Assembly: GCA_034408725.1 (NCBI GenBank)
Contig: JAWXCN010000235.1
Location: 1-35,739, forward strand
Source: Candidatus Hydrogenedentota bacterium
GTDB lineage: Bacteria; Hydrogenedentota; Hydrogenedentia; Hydrogenedentales; SLHB01
DNA length: 35,739 nt
Direction: 5' to 3'
In this document: piece by piece, positions 9,105 to 18,303 of the stretch
How the letters are laid out: every line of letters begins with the position of its first letter
Numbering within the stretch: the first letter of the stretch is position 1
Translations under genes and position numbers: made by a program
Notes under the pieces: model-generated
What the model saw: the letters and a program-made list of their open reading frames with translations, nothing else
Told to the model about the DNA's origin: nothing
The model's database searches: none

Positions 9105-10430
9105 CTACAATTTGCCGCAGCACTTTTTGTATTTTTTCCCGCTGCCGCAGGGGCACGCGACGTTAGGGGAGAGGGTATGCTCCTTCGTGGCGAGGCTTGC
9201 GTCTGCTTGCACGAATCGCATGACATTCGCGGCGGGGCGCTTGGCGCGGAGTTCGGTGGCCATGAATTTCATATAGGGATCGATGTGGTTGAAAAAATGT
9301 TTGTAGCCCGCGCAGAGGTAATTCAGGCCGGGATCGCCATCGGGCGTTTTGATGAACCTGTGTTTCGGACATTCGCCGTTGCACGCGAAACGGACTTCGC
9401 ATTCGACGCAATATTTTGGCAGCGTTGATTTTTTAGCCTCGCCGAACGCCGCCTGCTGTCCGGATTGCACCATGTCCGCGAGCGGCACGTCCATAATGTT
9501 GCCAACCTTGAACTCGGGGTATACGTAGTGGTCGCAGGAGTAGAGGTCGCCGTTATGTTCCATGACAAGCGCGTTGCCGCAGGTCTCCGCGAACACGCAC
9601 AAGCCCGGCTCGAGGCCCAGCCAACCTTGAAGCGCCGTGTCGAAGATTTGCACGAAGTATCGGCCCACGTCCTTGCGGACCCATTCGTCGAATATCGCGG
9701 ACAGAAATTTTCCATATTGCAGCGAGCGCACGGACCACGCCGATACGCGCGCGTCGCCGTCATACTCGGGCTGCACGAGCGACAAAGTTTCCGGCATGGA
9801 CGCGACGCGCTCAATAATTGGTATGAACTGCATGTACCGGCTGCCGATCTCTTTGAGAAACCGATAGACCTCCAGTGGCTTTTGTTCATTGCCGCGATGG
9901 ACACAAGTGAGTGTGTTAAATTCGACTCCATGCCTCTTCATTAAGTTGATGCCGCGCACCACGCGGTCAAACGTGCCCCGGCCACCTTTGTCTACCCGAT
10001 AGGTGTCGTGAATTGCTTTTGGGCCGTCAATCGAGATGCCAATCAGAAACTGGTTCTCCGCGAGAAACGAGCACCATGTGTCGTTCAAAAGAATACCGTT
10101 GGTCTGCAAGGCATTTGTGATCGTCTTGCCATTCGCATATTTCTTTTGAAACTCGACCGCTTTGCGAAAGAAATCGACCCCGAGCAGCGTGGGCTCGCCG
10201 CCCTGCCATGCGAAATGGGTTTCCGGCGTGCTCTGCGCTTCGATGTATTGTTGCACGTAGGATTCGAGCACCTCTTCAGTCATTGCCCACGACTTTGTTT
10301 CGGGGTAGAGGTTTTCCTTTTCGAGGTAATAGCAGTACGTGCAGTCGAGATTACAGATAGGCCCGGTGGCTTTTGTCATTACATGAAAGCCGCGACGGGT
10401 AGCGGTCAAGTTGGCGCCTGCGGGGGACAT
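9105..10430 (-). CDS. Anaerobic sulfatase-maturating radical SAM/SPASM enzyme with C-terminal SEC-C motif
   Basis: CNLDCTYCYY, WQGGEPTL, ISIDGP, SPASM cysteines (CVFAETCG, YSCDHY, CVECEVRFACNGECPKHR, YLC) and CPCGSGKKYKKCC. Confidence 0.95.
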   Translation of the reverse strand: MSPAGANLTATRRGFHVMTKATGPICNLDCTYCYYLEKENLYPETKSWAMTEEVLESYVQQYIEAQSTPETHFAWQGGEPTLLGVDFFRKAVEFQKKYANGKTITNALQTNGILLNDTWCSFLAENQFLIGISIDGPKAIHDTYRVDKGGRGTFDRVVRGINLMKRHGVEFNTLTCVHRGNEQKPLEVYRFLKEIGSRYMQFIPIIERVASMPETLSLVQPEYDGDARVSAWSVRSLQYGKFLSAIFDEWVRKDVGRYFVQIFDTALQGWLGLEPGLCVFAETCGNALVMEHNGDLYSCDHYVYPEFKVGNIMDVPLADMVQSGQQAAFGEAKKSTLPKYCVECEVRFACNGECPKHRFIKTPDGDPGLNYLCAGYKHFFNHIDPYMKFMATELRAKRPAANVMRFVQADASLATKEHTLSPNVACPCGSGKKYKKCCGKL

Positions 10431-10552
10431 AATTTTAGAGGCATCCCTGGTAGTCGTGTGCTCGCTCTCAATGCTATCACATTCGGCTTTTGACCATCAT
10501 CTTGTTGACTGTTAATATTCCAGTCCCTTCTCTTTACTTCGAGGTCCCGAAC

Positions 10553-11587
10553 ATGAAGAAACGATTCGGATGCGTGGTTGCGTTTATCGCGCTGGTGGTC
10601 TTCGCATTTTTCGTGTCGATGGCCGATTTCCAAATCGCGCGGACGGTGCGCAACACGAACACAAATTTCGCGCGGTTGGATGGCGCGAATCCCAACGCCT
10701 CGCGCCCGCCAAACTTGGACAAGGTCTATCTGCATCTGGAAGAGCGGACTGGCATCAATGGAATTCTCGGATGGGAACTGCGCAAACAGTTGCAACAGAT
10801 CGGCAAGTTCGACGTGCTGCTAATCAATAACACGCCCGGGCCGGAAGATTTTCCGGTTTTGGTGGTGGGTGTGCGCGATGTGAAAACATTCTGGACGCCG
10901 TTCTATGCGCGTTCGTCCATGCGCGTCGTGGCGAAGTACGCCACGTATCCGGCGGACCTTTCGCTCGACGATGGCGGCTATGCATTTGACGGCAGCGAAT
11001 CGCAGGGAGTATTGCCGATTGGCATGACTTTGGGGGCCGAGACGTCCATCCGGTCTGTTGGACTCGTTTCAAGGCCCGCGCACCGGAGGATGCTGGTGAC
11101 CGAACCCGCGCGCGGTATGGCTGAATATATGCGCAAGGGGCTCGCTGAGATCAAGGCAACGGCTGCGAACAGTTCCGCATCCGCTGCTCCTACGCCGTTA
11201 ATCGTGAGAATCGGATTCGCCATTTCCGGTTTACAATTGCTTCACGTAGCGCGCCAATTCCCGTCCGATAATCGCGTGCGCCTCGGCGCCCCATTCGTGG
11301 CCCTCGGGCGATTCAAAATTAGCTTTGCCGCGAAACCAGTCCTTCACTTCGATGTATTCCAAAAGACCGTTTTGGTCCAAAGTTTCTATGCCCGCTCGAA
11401 TAACGGGAAAATTGTCCAGTTGCCCGTTTACGCTGATCATGATGAGCGGAATCTTGCGCCTGTCGAGATCGCGCGCGAACGCTCCGAGAAGCGACACGTA
11501 TTCCTGTTCGACCGTGTTCGTGGTATCCGCATGGGCGACTTGAGCATCCCGGCGGATCTCGTACCATCCTCTAATAAAGGCGTATAA
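10553..11587 (+). CDS. Hypothetical membrane-anchored protein; ancestral end probably ~11201, remainder is read-through antisense to the neighbouring gene
   Basis: GAGG RBS and MKKRFG plus a TM helix. The last ~120 codons overlap the opposite-strand SGNH gene. Confidence 0.65.
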   Translation: MKKRFGCVVAFIALVVFAFFVSMADFQIARTVRNTNTNFARLDGANPNASRPPNLDKVYLHLEERTGINGILGWELRKQLQQIGKFDVLLINNTPGPEDFPVLVVGVRDVKTFWTPFYARSSMRVVAKYATYPADLSLDDGGYAFDGSESQGVLPIGMTLGAETSIRSVGLVSRPAHRRMLVTEPARGMAEYMRKGLAEIKATAANSSASAAPTPLIVRIGFAISGLQLLHVARQFPSDNRVRLGAPFVALGRFKISFAAKPVLHFDVFQKTVLVQSFYARSNNGKIVQLPVYADHDERNLAPVEIARERSEKRHVFLFDRVRGIRMGDLSIPADLVPSSNKGV

Positions 11588-12226
11588 CTGGCTGGACTGA
11601 ACGAAACGGTAGTTTGAAAGCGCCGCAAAGACAGGGTTGTAGCGGCGAGCAGTGTCTTGAAATACGAACCCGTCGTTCACGAATCGCGTTACCGCATCGC
11701 GCTGCCCATCTTCCGGGTCGTTCGCGCAGAACTGCAAAATGACGACGTCGGGTTCATGGTGAAGCGCGAACTCGTGGAAACGGCGCACTTCCTGTGTCAG
11801 CCCCCAGCCAGGCGAACCGCAGTTCATCACGCGAAAGTTGTTGCCAAGCGCGCGAGCAAGAATGGCCGGGTATTCCTCGCCATCGTTCACACCCATCCCC
11901 ATCGTGTACGAATCGCCGAGTGTCACGATCAAGGGTTTGGATTTGTCCGATGCCGCCGGCAGACGCGCGCCGCGACAGCCATCCTCGTTGATAGAGTAGC
12001 GAAATTCCCATTTTCCTGGCCGCGCGTGGACCATGGTGGCGCCGCGCGGCAGCGCAACGCCGTAGGCGGGGGAGGCTTCCCACCGCGGAAACATCACGAC
12101 CTGCGGGAAAAACAGGCGCAGCAGCACCTCGGCGCCAAGCACGAGCAGCACTCCGGTGATAAACACAATAATCGCTGCTTCGAGAATTCTCCTGCGGATG
12201 TTCCGCGCCACAGGCTCACCATCCAT
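11231..12226 (-). CDS. SGNH/GDSL hydrolase family membrane-anchored protein
   Basis: Block I LGDSYTMG, block II NCGSPGWG, block III FCAND, His motif EGHEW; N-terminal TM ending AEVLLRL. Confidence 0.88.
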   Translation of the reverse strand: MDGEPVARNIRRRILEAAIIVFITGVLLVLGAEVLLRLFFPQVVMFPRWEASPAYGVALPRGATMVHARPGKWEFRYSINEDGCRGARLPAASDKSKPLIVTLGDSYTMGMGVNDGEEYPAILARALGNNFRVMNCGSPGWGLTQEVRRFHEFALHHEPDVVILQFCANDPEDGQRDAVTRFVNDGFVFQDTARRYNPVFAALSNYRFVQSSQLYAFIRGWYEIRRDAQVAHADTTNTVEQEYVSLLGAFARDLDRRKIPLIMISVNGQLDNFPVIRAGIETLDQNGLLEYIEVKDWFRGKANFESPEGHEWGAEAHAIIGRELARYVKQL

Positions 12227-12243
12227 CGTTTGGGCCGCAATAA

Positions 12244-12633
12244 TCAGTTGTAGTCAAGCACGCGCGCGGCGACATTTTCTTCGTCGCCTTCAATTAAGAT
12301 GACGACCGGGTCAGGCCCCAGCGCGACGTCCTCGACCTCTGAGAATCCGACGTTCACGATGCCGATTTGAACATTTGCGTTCTCATCCCCGTAGATTGCC
12401 GTCGAGACGTTCAGCACCGACATTGATCCTTCGGGGACGTTGTCTTCCAGGACATCAACCACGGTTTTCTCTTCGTGGTTGTCGAGTCCGACGAGCCCAA
12501 TGGTTAGGCCGTCCGTAGCGTTAATAATATAGAGGTCGAATGTACCGAGTGGCCCGCCACCGGGGCAACCGCTGCCGATAACGCACAGAATGGACGCCGC
12601 GAGAACTGCAGTGCGCATACGATGGTGGTTCAT
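12244..12633 (-). CDS. Hypothetical acidic lipoprotein
   Basis: GGGAG RBS; signal peptide ending IGSG-C-P; small beta-rich acidic mature domain. Confidence 0.72.
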   Translation of the reverse strand: MNHHRMRTAVLAASILCVIGSGCPGGGPLGTFDLYIINATDGLTIGLVGLDNHEEKTVVDVLEDNVPEGSMSVLNVSTAIYGDENANVQIGIVNVGFSEVEDVALGPDPVVILIEGDEENVAARVLDYN

Positions 12634-12730
12634 GTTCGTGCTCCCAAGTGGATGATAAATGCCGGTTTCGATTTCGCAGGCCCGAAATGACGCTAGCAGA
12701 AGACCCGTAAAAGAACAATGCGGCGGCACT

Positions 12731-12759
12731 TTGACCGATTCCCGGTACGCTGTTAGACT
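12731..12759 (+). promoter_or_regulatory. sigma70-type promoter of tyrS
   Basis: TTGACC-17 nt-TAGACT with an extended TG. Confidence 0.7.
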
Positions 12760-12836
12760 CGTTGCTTCGCACGGCGGGCCCGAACGGAAATGACCGCCAA
12801 TGCGAAGCGCAGACACTACTCCTTGCGAGGTTGGGA

Positions 12837-14108
12837 ATGGCCTTTTTTGAAGAACTGACGTGGCGCAACCTGGTGCATCAAATGACGCACCCGGAGTTGG
12901 CGCAGAAACTGGATACCGAGCGCTTTACGGTGTACTGCGGGTTTGACCCGACGGCCGACAGCCTGCACATTGGTAGCCTGCTGCAAATCCTTAATCTGAT
13001 GCGGTTCCAGCATGCGGGCCACAAGCCTATCGCGCTGCTAGGCGGGGCAACGGGCATGATCGGTGATCCGAAGAAGACTGAGGAACGCGCGTTGTTAAGC
13101 GCTGAAGATATCGAGCGAAACGTGGCGGGTATCCGTGCTCAGTTGGAAAGATTTCTGGAATTCTCGGGCGATAATTCCGCCCTCCTGCTAAACAATGCCG
13201 ATTGGTTCAGCGGGATCGGCTATATAGAATTCCTTCGCGACATCGGCAAACATTTTTCCGTGAACCAGATGCTTATGCGCGATGCCGTCAAGCAACGGTT
13301 GGAAAGCCGGGACCACGGGATTTCGTACACGGAATTTTCCTACGTGTTGTTGCAGGCCTATGATTTTTTGCACCTCTACCGCGCTTATGGTTGCCGGTTG
13401 CAGATTGGCGGCAGCGATCAGTGGGGCAACATTACGTCGGGTATGGATTTGACTCGACGCCTTGAACATGCCGAAACGTTCGGGCTTACGTTTCCGCTGG
13501 TGGAAAAGGCCGATGGCGAAAAATTTGGCAAAACGGAATCGGGGACGGTTTGGCTTGATGCGCGACGCACTTCACCATATAGATTCTACCAGTTCTGGAT
13601 CAACCAGTCCGATGCGGACATGCCACGCTGGCTGCGCACGTTCACGTTTCTCGCGCAAGACGAAGTCGTTGGCCTTGAAATCGAATTGCGCGATAAACCT
13701 GATCAACGCACTGCGCAGAAGCGTCTCGCCACGGAAGTCACGCGAATGGTGCACGGCGAAGATGCGCTGCAAAACGCTATTCGCGCATCGCAGGCTATGT
13801 TTGGCGGATCGCTGGCGGGGCTCGATGACTCAATGCTTGAAGACATCTTTAGCGAGATGCCTTCGTTTGAATTCCCACGCGCGACGCTCGACGCGGACCG
13901 GCAACTCGTTGACGTGCTCGTCGAGTGCGGCGTGTTTAAGAGCAAGGGTGAAGCGCGCAGGTTGATTCAGAGCGGAGGACTGTATCTTAACAACGAGCGG
14001 GTGACGGCGGAAGACACCAAACTCACAGGTGACGCGCTGTCAGGTGGCCGCATTGCAGTGGCCCGCACGGGGAAGAAAAACTATCACCTCTTGAGATTTA
14101 CCGGCTGA
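12837..14108 (+). CDS. tyrS: Tyrosine--tRNA ligase
   Basis: YCGFDPTADSLHIG, QIGGSDQWGNI, KFGKT and a C-terminal S4 domain. Confidence 0.98.
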   Translation: MAFFEELTWRNLVHQMTHPELAQKLDTERFTVYCGFDPTADSLHIGSLLQILNLMRFQHAGHKPIALLGGATGMIGDPKKTEERALLSAEDIERNVAGIRAQLERFLEFSGDNSALLLNNADWFSGIGYIEFLRDIGKHFSVNQMLMRDAVKQRLESRDHGISYTEFSYVLLQAYDFLHLYRAYGCRLQIGGSDQWGNITSGMDLTRRLEHAETFGLTFPLVEKADGEKFGKTESGTVWLDARRTSPYRFYQFWINQSDADMPRWLRTFTFLAQDEVVGLEIELRDKPDQRTAQKRLATEVTRMVHGEDALQNAIRASQAMFGGSLAGLDDSMLEDIFSEMPSFEFPRATLDADRQLVDVLVECGVFKSKGEARRLIQSGGLYLNNERVTAEDTKLTGDALSGGRIAVARTGKKNYHLLRFTG

Positions 14109-14172
14109 ACATGCCCTTGCGCAGAGTATGGTAGACTTATTCCGGGACCGAAGCTGGGGTAACGCGCGAGAC

Positions 14173-15288
14173 ATGGGAGTTCGTAGTATGCTTCGTGTTC
14201 TCGCGCTGTTGTGTTGTGTCCTGTTCAGCCTGCTACTGATTGTTTCTTGCCCATCCACAAACCCACCCGATGATGATGGCCCTGGAATTGGTGGAGATGG
14301 TGACGGAGACGGAGACGGCGATGGTGACGGCGATGGCGATGGTGACGGCGATGGTGACGGTGACGGCGACGGTGACGGCGACGGTGACGGCGATGGCGAA
14401 CCAGGCGTTCCAGACCTCGGCGTCAACGCGAATCTGAACGGCGCGCGGCCTTTTCCTGACGACAATCCCTGGAACACGCCGGTGGACGATTTGTCCGTCG
14501 ACCCGAATTCCGACGACATCATCGACAGCATTGGCCGCTACGCGAATGCGCATCCTGATTTCGGCGCGAACTGGAACGGCGGACCGTTTGGCATTCCGTA
14601 CATCGTCGTCGCAGGCGGCACGCCGGGCGTCGAAGTCGAATTTCAATATCACCGCGAAAGTGATCGCGGGCCCTATCCCATCACCAGCAACGCCCCTATC
14701 GAAGGTGGACCCAACGCGCAGGGCGACCGGCACATTCTGATCATCGACCGCGACAACTGGCTGCTCTACGAATTGTTCGCGGCGTATCCTCCATCTGAAT
14801 CCGGTGAACCGTGGATCGCGGGTTCCGGCGCGATTTTTGGTCTAAATTCGAATGAACTGCGTCCTGAAGGCTGGACATCGGCAGACGCCGCCGGCCTGCC
14901 CATATTCCCTGGTCTCGTGCGGTACGATGAAGTCTACGAGCAGGGCGAGATTAACCATGCGCTGCGGTTCACCGTCAGCCAGACGCGCCGCGCGTATATC
15001 CATCCCGCGACGCACTTCGCGAGCAGCGACACCGATCCCGGTCTACCGCCAATGGGCATGCGCGTGCGATTGAAAGCGAACTTTAATATTTCCGGTTTCA
15101 CCTCCGGGAACCAGGTCATTCTTCGCGCGCTCAAGAAGTACGGCATGTTTCTCGCCGATAACGGTAGTAACTGGTACATCTCCGGCGCGCCCGACGACCG
15201 CTGGAGCGACGACGATCTCAATGAAATCAAAACCCTCGAAGGCGACAACTTTGAGGTCGTACAAATGGGAAATGCCGTGACGGAGTAG
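14173..15288 (+). CDS. Lipoprotein with (Gly-Asp)17 linker and uncharacterised conserved extracellular domain (start 14173 or 14188)
   Basis: Signal ending LIVS-C-P, a GD tract, then a globular domain with PFPDDNPWN, GIPY, GDRH, DAAGLP, HALRF and YGMFLADNGS motifs. Confidence 0.85.
   Translation: MGVRSMLRVLALLCCVLFSLLLIVSCPSTNPPDDDGPGIGGDGDGDGDGDGDGDGDGDGDGDGDGDGDGDGDGDGEPGVPDLGVNANLNGARPFPDDNPWNTPVDDLSVDPNSDDIIDSIGRYANAHPDFGANWNGGPFGIPYIVVAGGTPGVEVEFQYHRESDRGPYPITSNAPIEGGPNAQGDRHILIIDRDNWLLYELFAAYPPSESGEPWIAGSGAIFGLNSNELRPEGWTSADAAGLPIFPGLVRYDEVYEQGEINHALRFTVSQTRRAYIHPATHFASSDTDPGLPPMGMRVRLKANFNISGFTSGNQVILRALKKYGMFLADNGSNWYISGAPDDRWSDDDLNEIKTLEGDNFEVVQMGNAVTE
14293..14394 (+). repeat. 17 x 6-nt GGN-GAY coding repeat (Gly-Asp)
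   Basis: 102 nt of alternating GGN and GAY codons with synonymous variation. Confidence 0.97.
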
Positions 15289-15309
15289 GCCGAAAGCCAG
15301 TTATAAGTA

Positions 15310-15338
15310 TTGACAGAAATTGCCCGCTACCCTAGACT
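15310..15338 (+). promoter_or_regulatory. sigma70-type promoter of metalloprotease gene
   Basis: TTGACA-17 nt-TAGACT. Confidence 0.72.
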
Positions 15339-15411
15339 TATACGGGTTCATGAAAGCGTTCTGTTCTTGGCGAAAAACCGGGAAGTCTTGAACATCGGGA
15401 GCGGTTCCAGC

Positions 15412-17706
15412 ATGACAAGGCTCGCGCGTGGACGGCAGAGCGTTTCGTTCAAAGTTCAACTCACGTTGATTGTCTGTTTGGCGTGCGGGGCTGCTTCAAG
15501 CCAGGAGCCCTTGCTGCTCAGCGCGGACCCCGTCACTGCATCGTTCGCTGATTCCTCACTGCCAGACACCATTTCCCGCACACGCCCGGTATACGTGAAT
15601 ACCGCGGCGCGCCCCGGCGCCGATTCAAACGTTGGCGATACGTTGCTCATGAACCTGTTTCCCGACGTGCAGACTACTGTCATTCTGGAAGCTCTTGTGG
15701 AGCGCGGCGATCAGGTCTATTCGTGGATCGGACGGATCAAAGGCGAGCCCTACAGCAGCGTTACCATTTCCGTTCTGAAGGATGTTACGCAGGCAAACAT
15801 ACACTCGACGACGTTCGGCGAATATCAAATCCGCTATATCGAAGGCGAAGTACACGAGGTGCGCCAAATCGATCCGGCCGCGTTTCCTCCATGCAGCATG
15901 GGAACGGAACATGCCGTTGCGCCATCTCACTCGAAGCTGCCGCCACGCCGCGCGCGGATGAACGCAAAAACCGCCACCTACATTGTCGACATCATAGTCG
16001 TATATACCGCTGCCGCACAGACCGCCGTTGGCGGCGTCGCACCAATGGAAGCATTAATAAACCTCGCCATAGACGAGTCCAATGACGCGTACCTCTTCAG
16101 TGAAGTGGACATGGAACTGCGCCTCGTACACCAGCAGGCTGTCACCTACACGGAAACGACGTTCAACAACGCCCTGACGAACCTCACCACAAACGGTGAC
16201 GGGATCATGGACGAGGTCCACACGCTGCGCGAAACCTATGGCGCGGACATGGTGAGCCTCCTGATCGACGAACCCAGTTCGTGCGGGCTTGCATGGCTAA
16301 TGACGAGCCTCGCGGGCGACTTCTCGGCAAACGCCTTCAGCGTCGAACATCATGGTTGCGCAACGGGTTACTATTCGTTTGCCCACGAACTGGGACACAA
16401 CATGGGCAGCACGCACGATATTGCGAACGCGGGAGGCCAGGGTCTCTTTCCTTATTCTTACGGCTGGCGCTGGAACAGTAATATATACCGCAGCATCATG
16501 GCATATGCCCCGGGCACGCGCGTGCAGCGATTCTCGAATCCAAACGTGTTGTATCTCGGCGCCCCCACCGGATCAGCGGGCGTAGCGGACAATGCCGCAT
16601 CCCTGAACGCAGCAGCGGCGACCGTCGCAGGTTGGCGCGATGCAGTCGGCACGATTTCCGTTTCACCCGGCGCCGGGGCCAACTTCAGCGGCGAAGCCGG
16701 TGGGCCATTCTCGCCCGCGACGTTTTCGTACACTTTGACAAACCTGAGCGGCTCGGAATCGGCGGATTGGACGGCATCCGCAAGCGAAGCCTGGGTCTCG
16801 CTTTCGAGCACGTCCGGCACGCTGCCGGCAAGCGGGAACGTTGTAGTCGATGTGAGCATGTCCGTTGCCGCCAACGCCCTCGCGGGCGGTTCGCACCCCG
16901 CCACGGTAACATTCACCGAAGTCGACGAATCGCTCGATAGCGTCCGCAATGTCACCCTCACCGTTGGCGGGCCACCACCGAATGCGCGGTATTGGTTCGC
17001 GATGGACTCAGACCCTGGCTGGACCACTCAGGGCGCGTGGGCCTTTGGCGTGCCGTTGGGTTTGGGCAGCGCCAATCACGACCCCACAAGCGGACGGACT
17101 GGCCAAAATGTATACGGCTATAATCTGAGCGGCGACTATTCAGACAACCTCGCCGAACAATACCTCACCACGACGGCGATCGATTGCGCTGAACTGGAGA
17201 ATGTCGGCCTGAACTTTTACCGCTGGCTCGGCATCGAACAATCGATTTTTGATCATGCAAAAGTCCAGGTCAGCAACAACGGTTCCTCGTGGACCGACGT
17301 TTGGACGCATTCCGGAGGCAACATCGGGGATACCGTGTGGCTCGAACAAGACTTCGATATCTCCGCGATCGCCGACGGACAAAGCACCGTATTCGTCCGA
17401 TGGGTCATGGGCACGACGGATTCCAGCATAACCTTTCCGGGCTGGAACATTGACGATGTCGCATTGACCGGCGACCTCGCTGTTGCATTAACCGATCTCT
17501 GGGTGGATTTTGCATACACCGGCATTGAATGGGGAACGGAAGGGAAACCGTACAGTCTCCTCGGAACTGCGGTCGATGCGCTCAGCGGACCCTACACGAT
17601 CTACCTCAAAGGCGACGCATCACCACCCACAAGCGCCGAAACCCTCGTCATCTCGACACCCTGCCGGCTCGAAACGATAGGCGGCGCAGTCCGGATCGGC
17701 GCATAA
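15412..17706 (+). CDS. Secreted reprolysin-like (M12) zinc metalloprotease with BACON/Ig-like and jelly-roll domains
   Basis: HELGHNMGSTH zinc motif, Met-turn SIMAY, propeptide Cys (PPCS), WTASASEAWVSLS...SGTL (BACON-like) and GWNIDDV jelly-roll end. Confidence 0.9.
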   Translation: MTRLARGRQSVSFKVQLTLIVCLACGAASSQEPLLLSADPVTASFADSSLPDTISRTRPVYVNTAARPGADSNVGDTLLMNLFPDVQTTVILEALVERGDQVYSWIGRIKGEPYSSVTISVLKDVTQANIHSTTFGEYQIRYIEGEVHEVRQIDPAAFPPCSMGTEHAVAPSHSKLPPRRARMNAKTATYIVDIIVVYTAAAQTAVGGVAPMEALINLAIDESNDAYLFSEVDMELRLVHQQAVTYTETTFNNALTNLTTNGDGIMDEVHTLRETYGADMVSLLIDEPSSCGLAWLMTSLAGDFSANAFSVEHHGCATGYYSFAHELGHNMGSTHDIANAGGQGLFPYSYGWRWNSNIYRSIMAYAPGTRVQRFSNPNVLYLGAPTGSAGVADNAASLNAAAATVAGWRDAVGTISVSPGAGANFSGEAGGPFSPATFSYTLTNLSGSESADWTASASEAWVSLSSTSGTLPASGNVVVDVSMSVAANALAGGSHPATVTFTEVDESLDSVRNVTLTVGGPPPNARYWFAMDSDPGWTTQGAWAFGVPLGLGSANHDPTSGRTGQNVYGYNLSGDYSDNLAEQYLTTTAIDCAELENVGLNFYRWLGIEQSIFDHAKVQVSNNGSSWTDVWTHSGGNIGDTVWLEQDFDISAIADGQSTVFVRWVMGTTDSSITFPGWNIDDVALTGDLAVALTDLWVDFAYTGIEWGTEGKPYSLLGTAVDALSGPYTIYLKGDASPPTSAETLVISTPCRLETIGGAVRIGA

Positions 17707-17734
17707 ATTCTAAATTGTGGTAGGGCGTTGTGAC

Positions 17735-17872
17735 CATCTGTCGTGGCCGAACTCCCGGCATCTGTTGTGGCCGATCTCCTGACCGCGCCACTCGCGGAGG
17801 CAGGTCTCCAGACCTCTACAAACCAGATTCCAACTTTGTCGGAAGGTGGACTTGGTGGACGGTGTAGACTGG
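17735..17872. repeat. Cluster of REP-like palindromes and short repeats
   Basis: 21-nt imperfect direct repeat (17735-17755 and 17759-17779), palindromes GTGGC...GCCAC (17767-17791) and GCGGAGG...CCTCTAC (17794-17819), and 9-mer GTGGAC repeats (~17847-17872). Confidence 0.55.
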
Positions 17873-17913
17873 AACCGACGCCGGTTTTTAACGTGGCTTC
17901 GTGTTTTCAAGTA

Positions 17914-18303
17914 TCAAGCGGGCTCCTCAGTATCGGCCAGGATTAATTTGACTCGTTTCAACAGACTTGCCACATCGCTCAGCGTTTTGTGTCGGTCTAA
18001 CGGCTCGTCCCAATCAAAAATATCGTAGCGATAGACAACAGCAAACGCGCCTAATTCGTATAGGACATCTAGCTCTGGCATTTCCCTCCCAGTCAATTCC
18101 ATGAGAACACCGCTAAGCGCTTCAAGATTGTGAGTCTTATCCGGCATTACACCGAAAGACCAAATCCATGCTTCAACCGCTTGCTGGGCGTGGAAACCGA
18201 ACTGCGCGTCGGTTATTCGAGGGTTAGATACCGTCTCTTCAAGGAGAACGAAATCCTCGATAGCTTTATTGAGTAGCAAACGGGCTTGATTCTGCGCGCT
18301 CAT
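17914..18303 (-). CDS. HEPN domain protein (MNT-HEPN module), possibly with a small in-frame deletion
   Basis: FHAQQAVE, KTHNL and AVVYRY motifs; overlaps the upstream MNT gene. Confidence 0.85.
   Translation of the reverse strand: MSAQNQARLLLNKAIEDFVLLEETVSNPRITDAQFGFHAQQAVEAWIWSFGVMPDKTHNLEALSGVLMELTGREMPELDVLYELGAFAVVYRYDIFDWDEPLDRHKTLSDVASLLKRVKLILADTEEPA

Noticed and set aside
9105-10430. Radical SAM/SPASM enzyme as a RiPP maturase
   Set aside because: It closely fits the anaerobic sulfatase maturase pattern with a SEC-C tail and has no adjacent precursor peptide; sulfatases are often encoded elsewhere.
12940-12985. HIGS instead of HIGH in TyrRS
   Set aside because: This is a known natural variant of the class I signature in bacterial TyrRS.
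14040-14531. Minus-strand ORF with (SP)n repeat
   Set aside because: It is the antisense shadow of the GD repeat in the lipoprotein gene.
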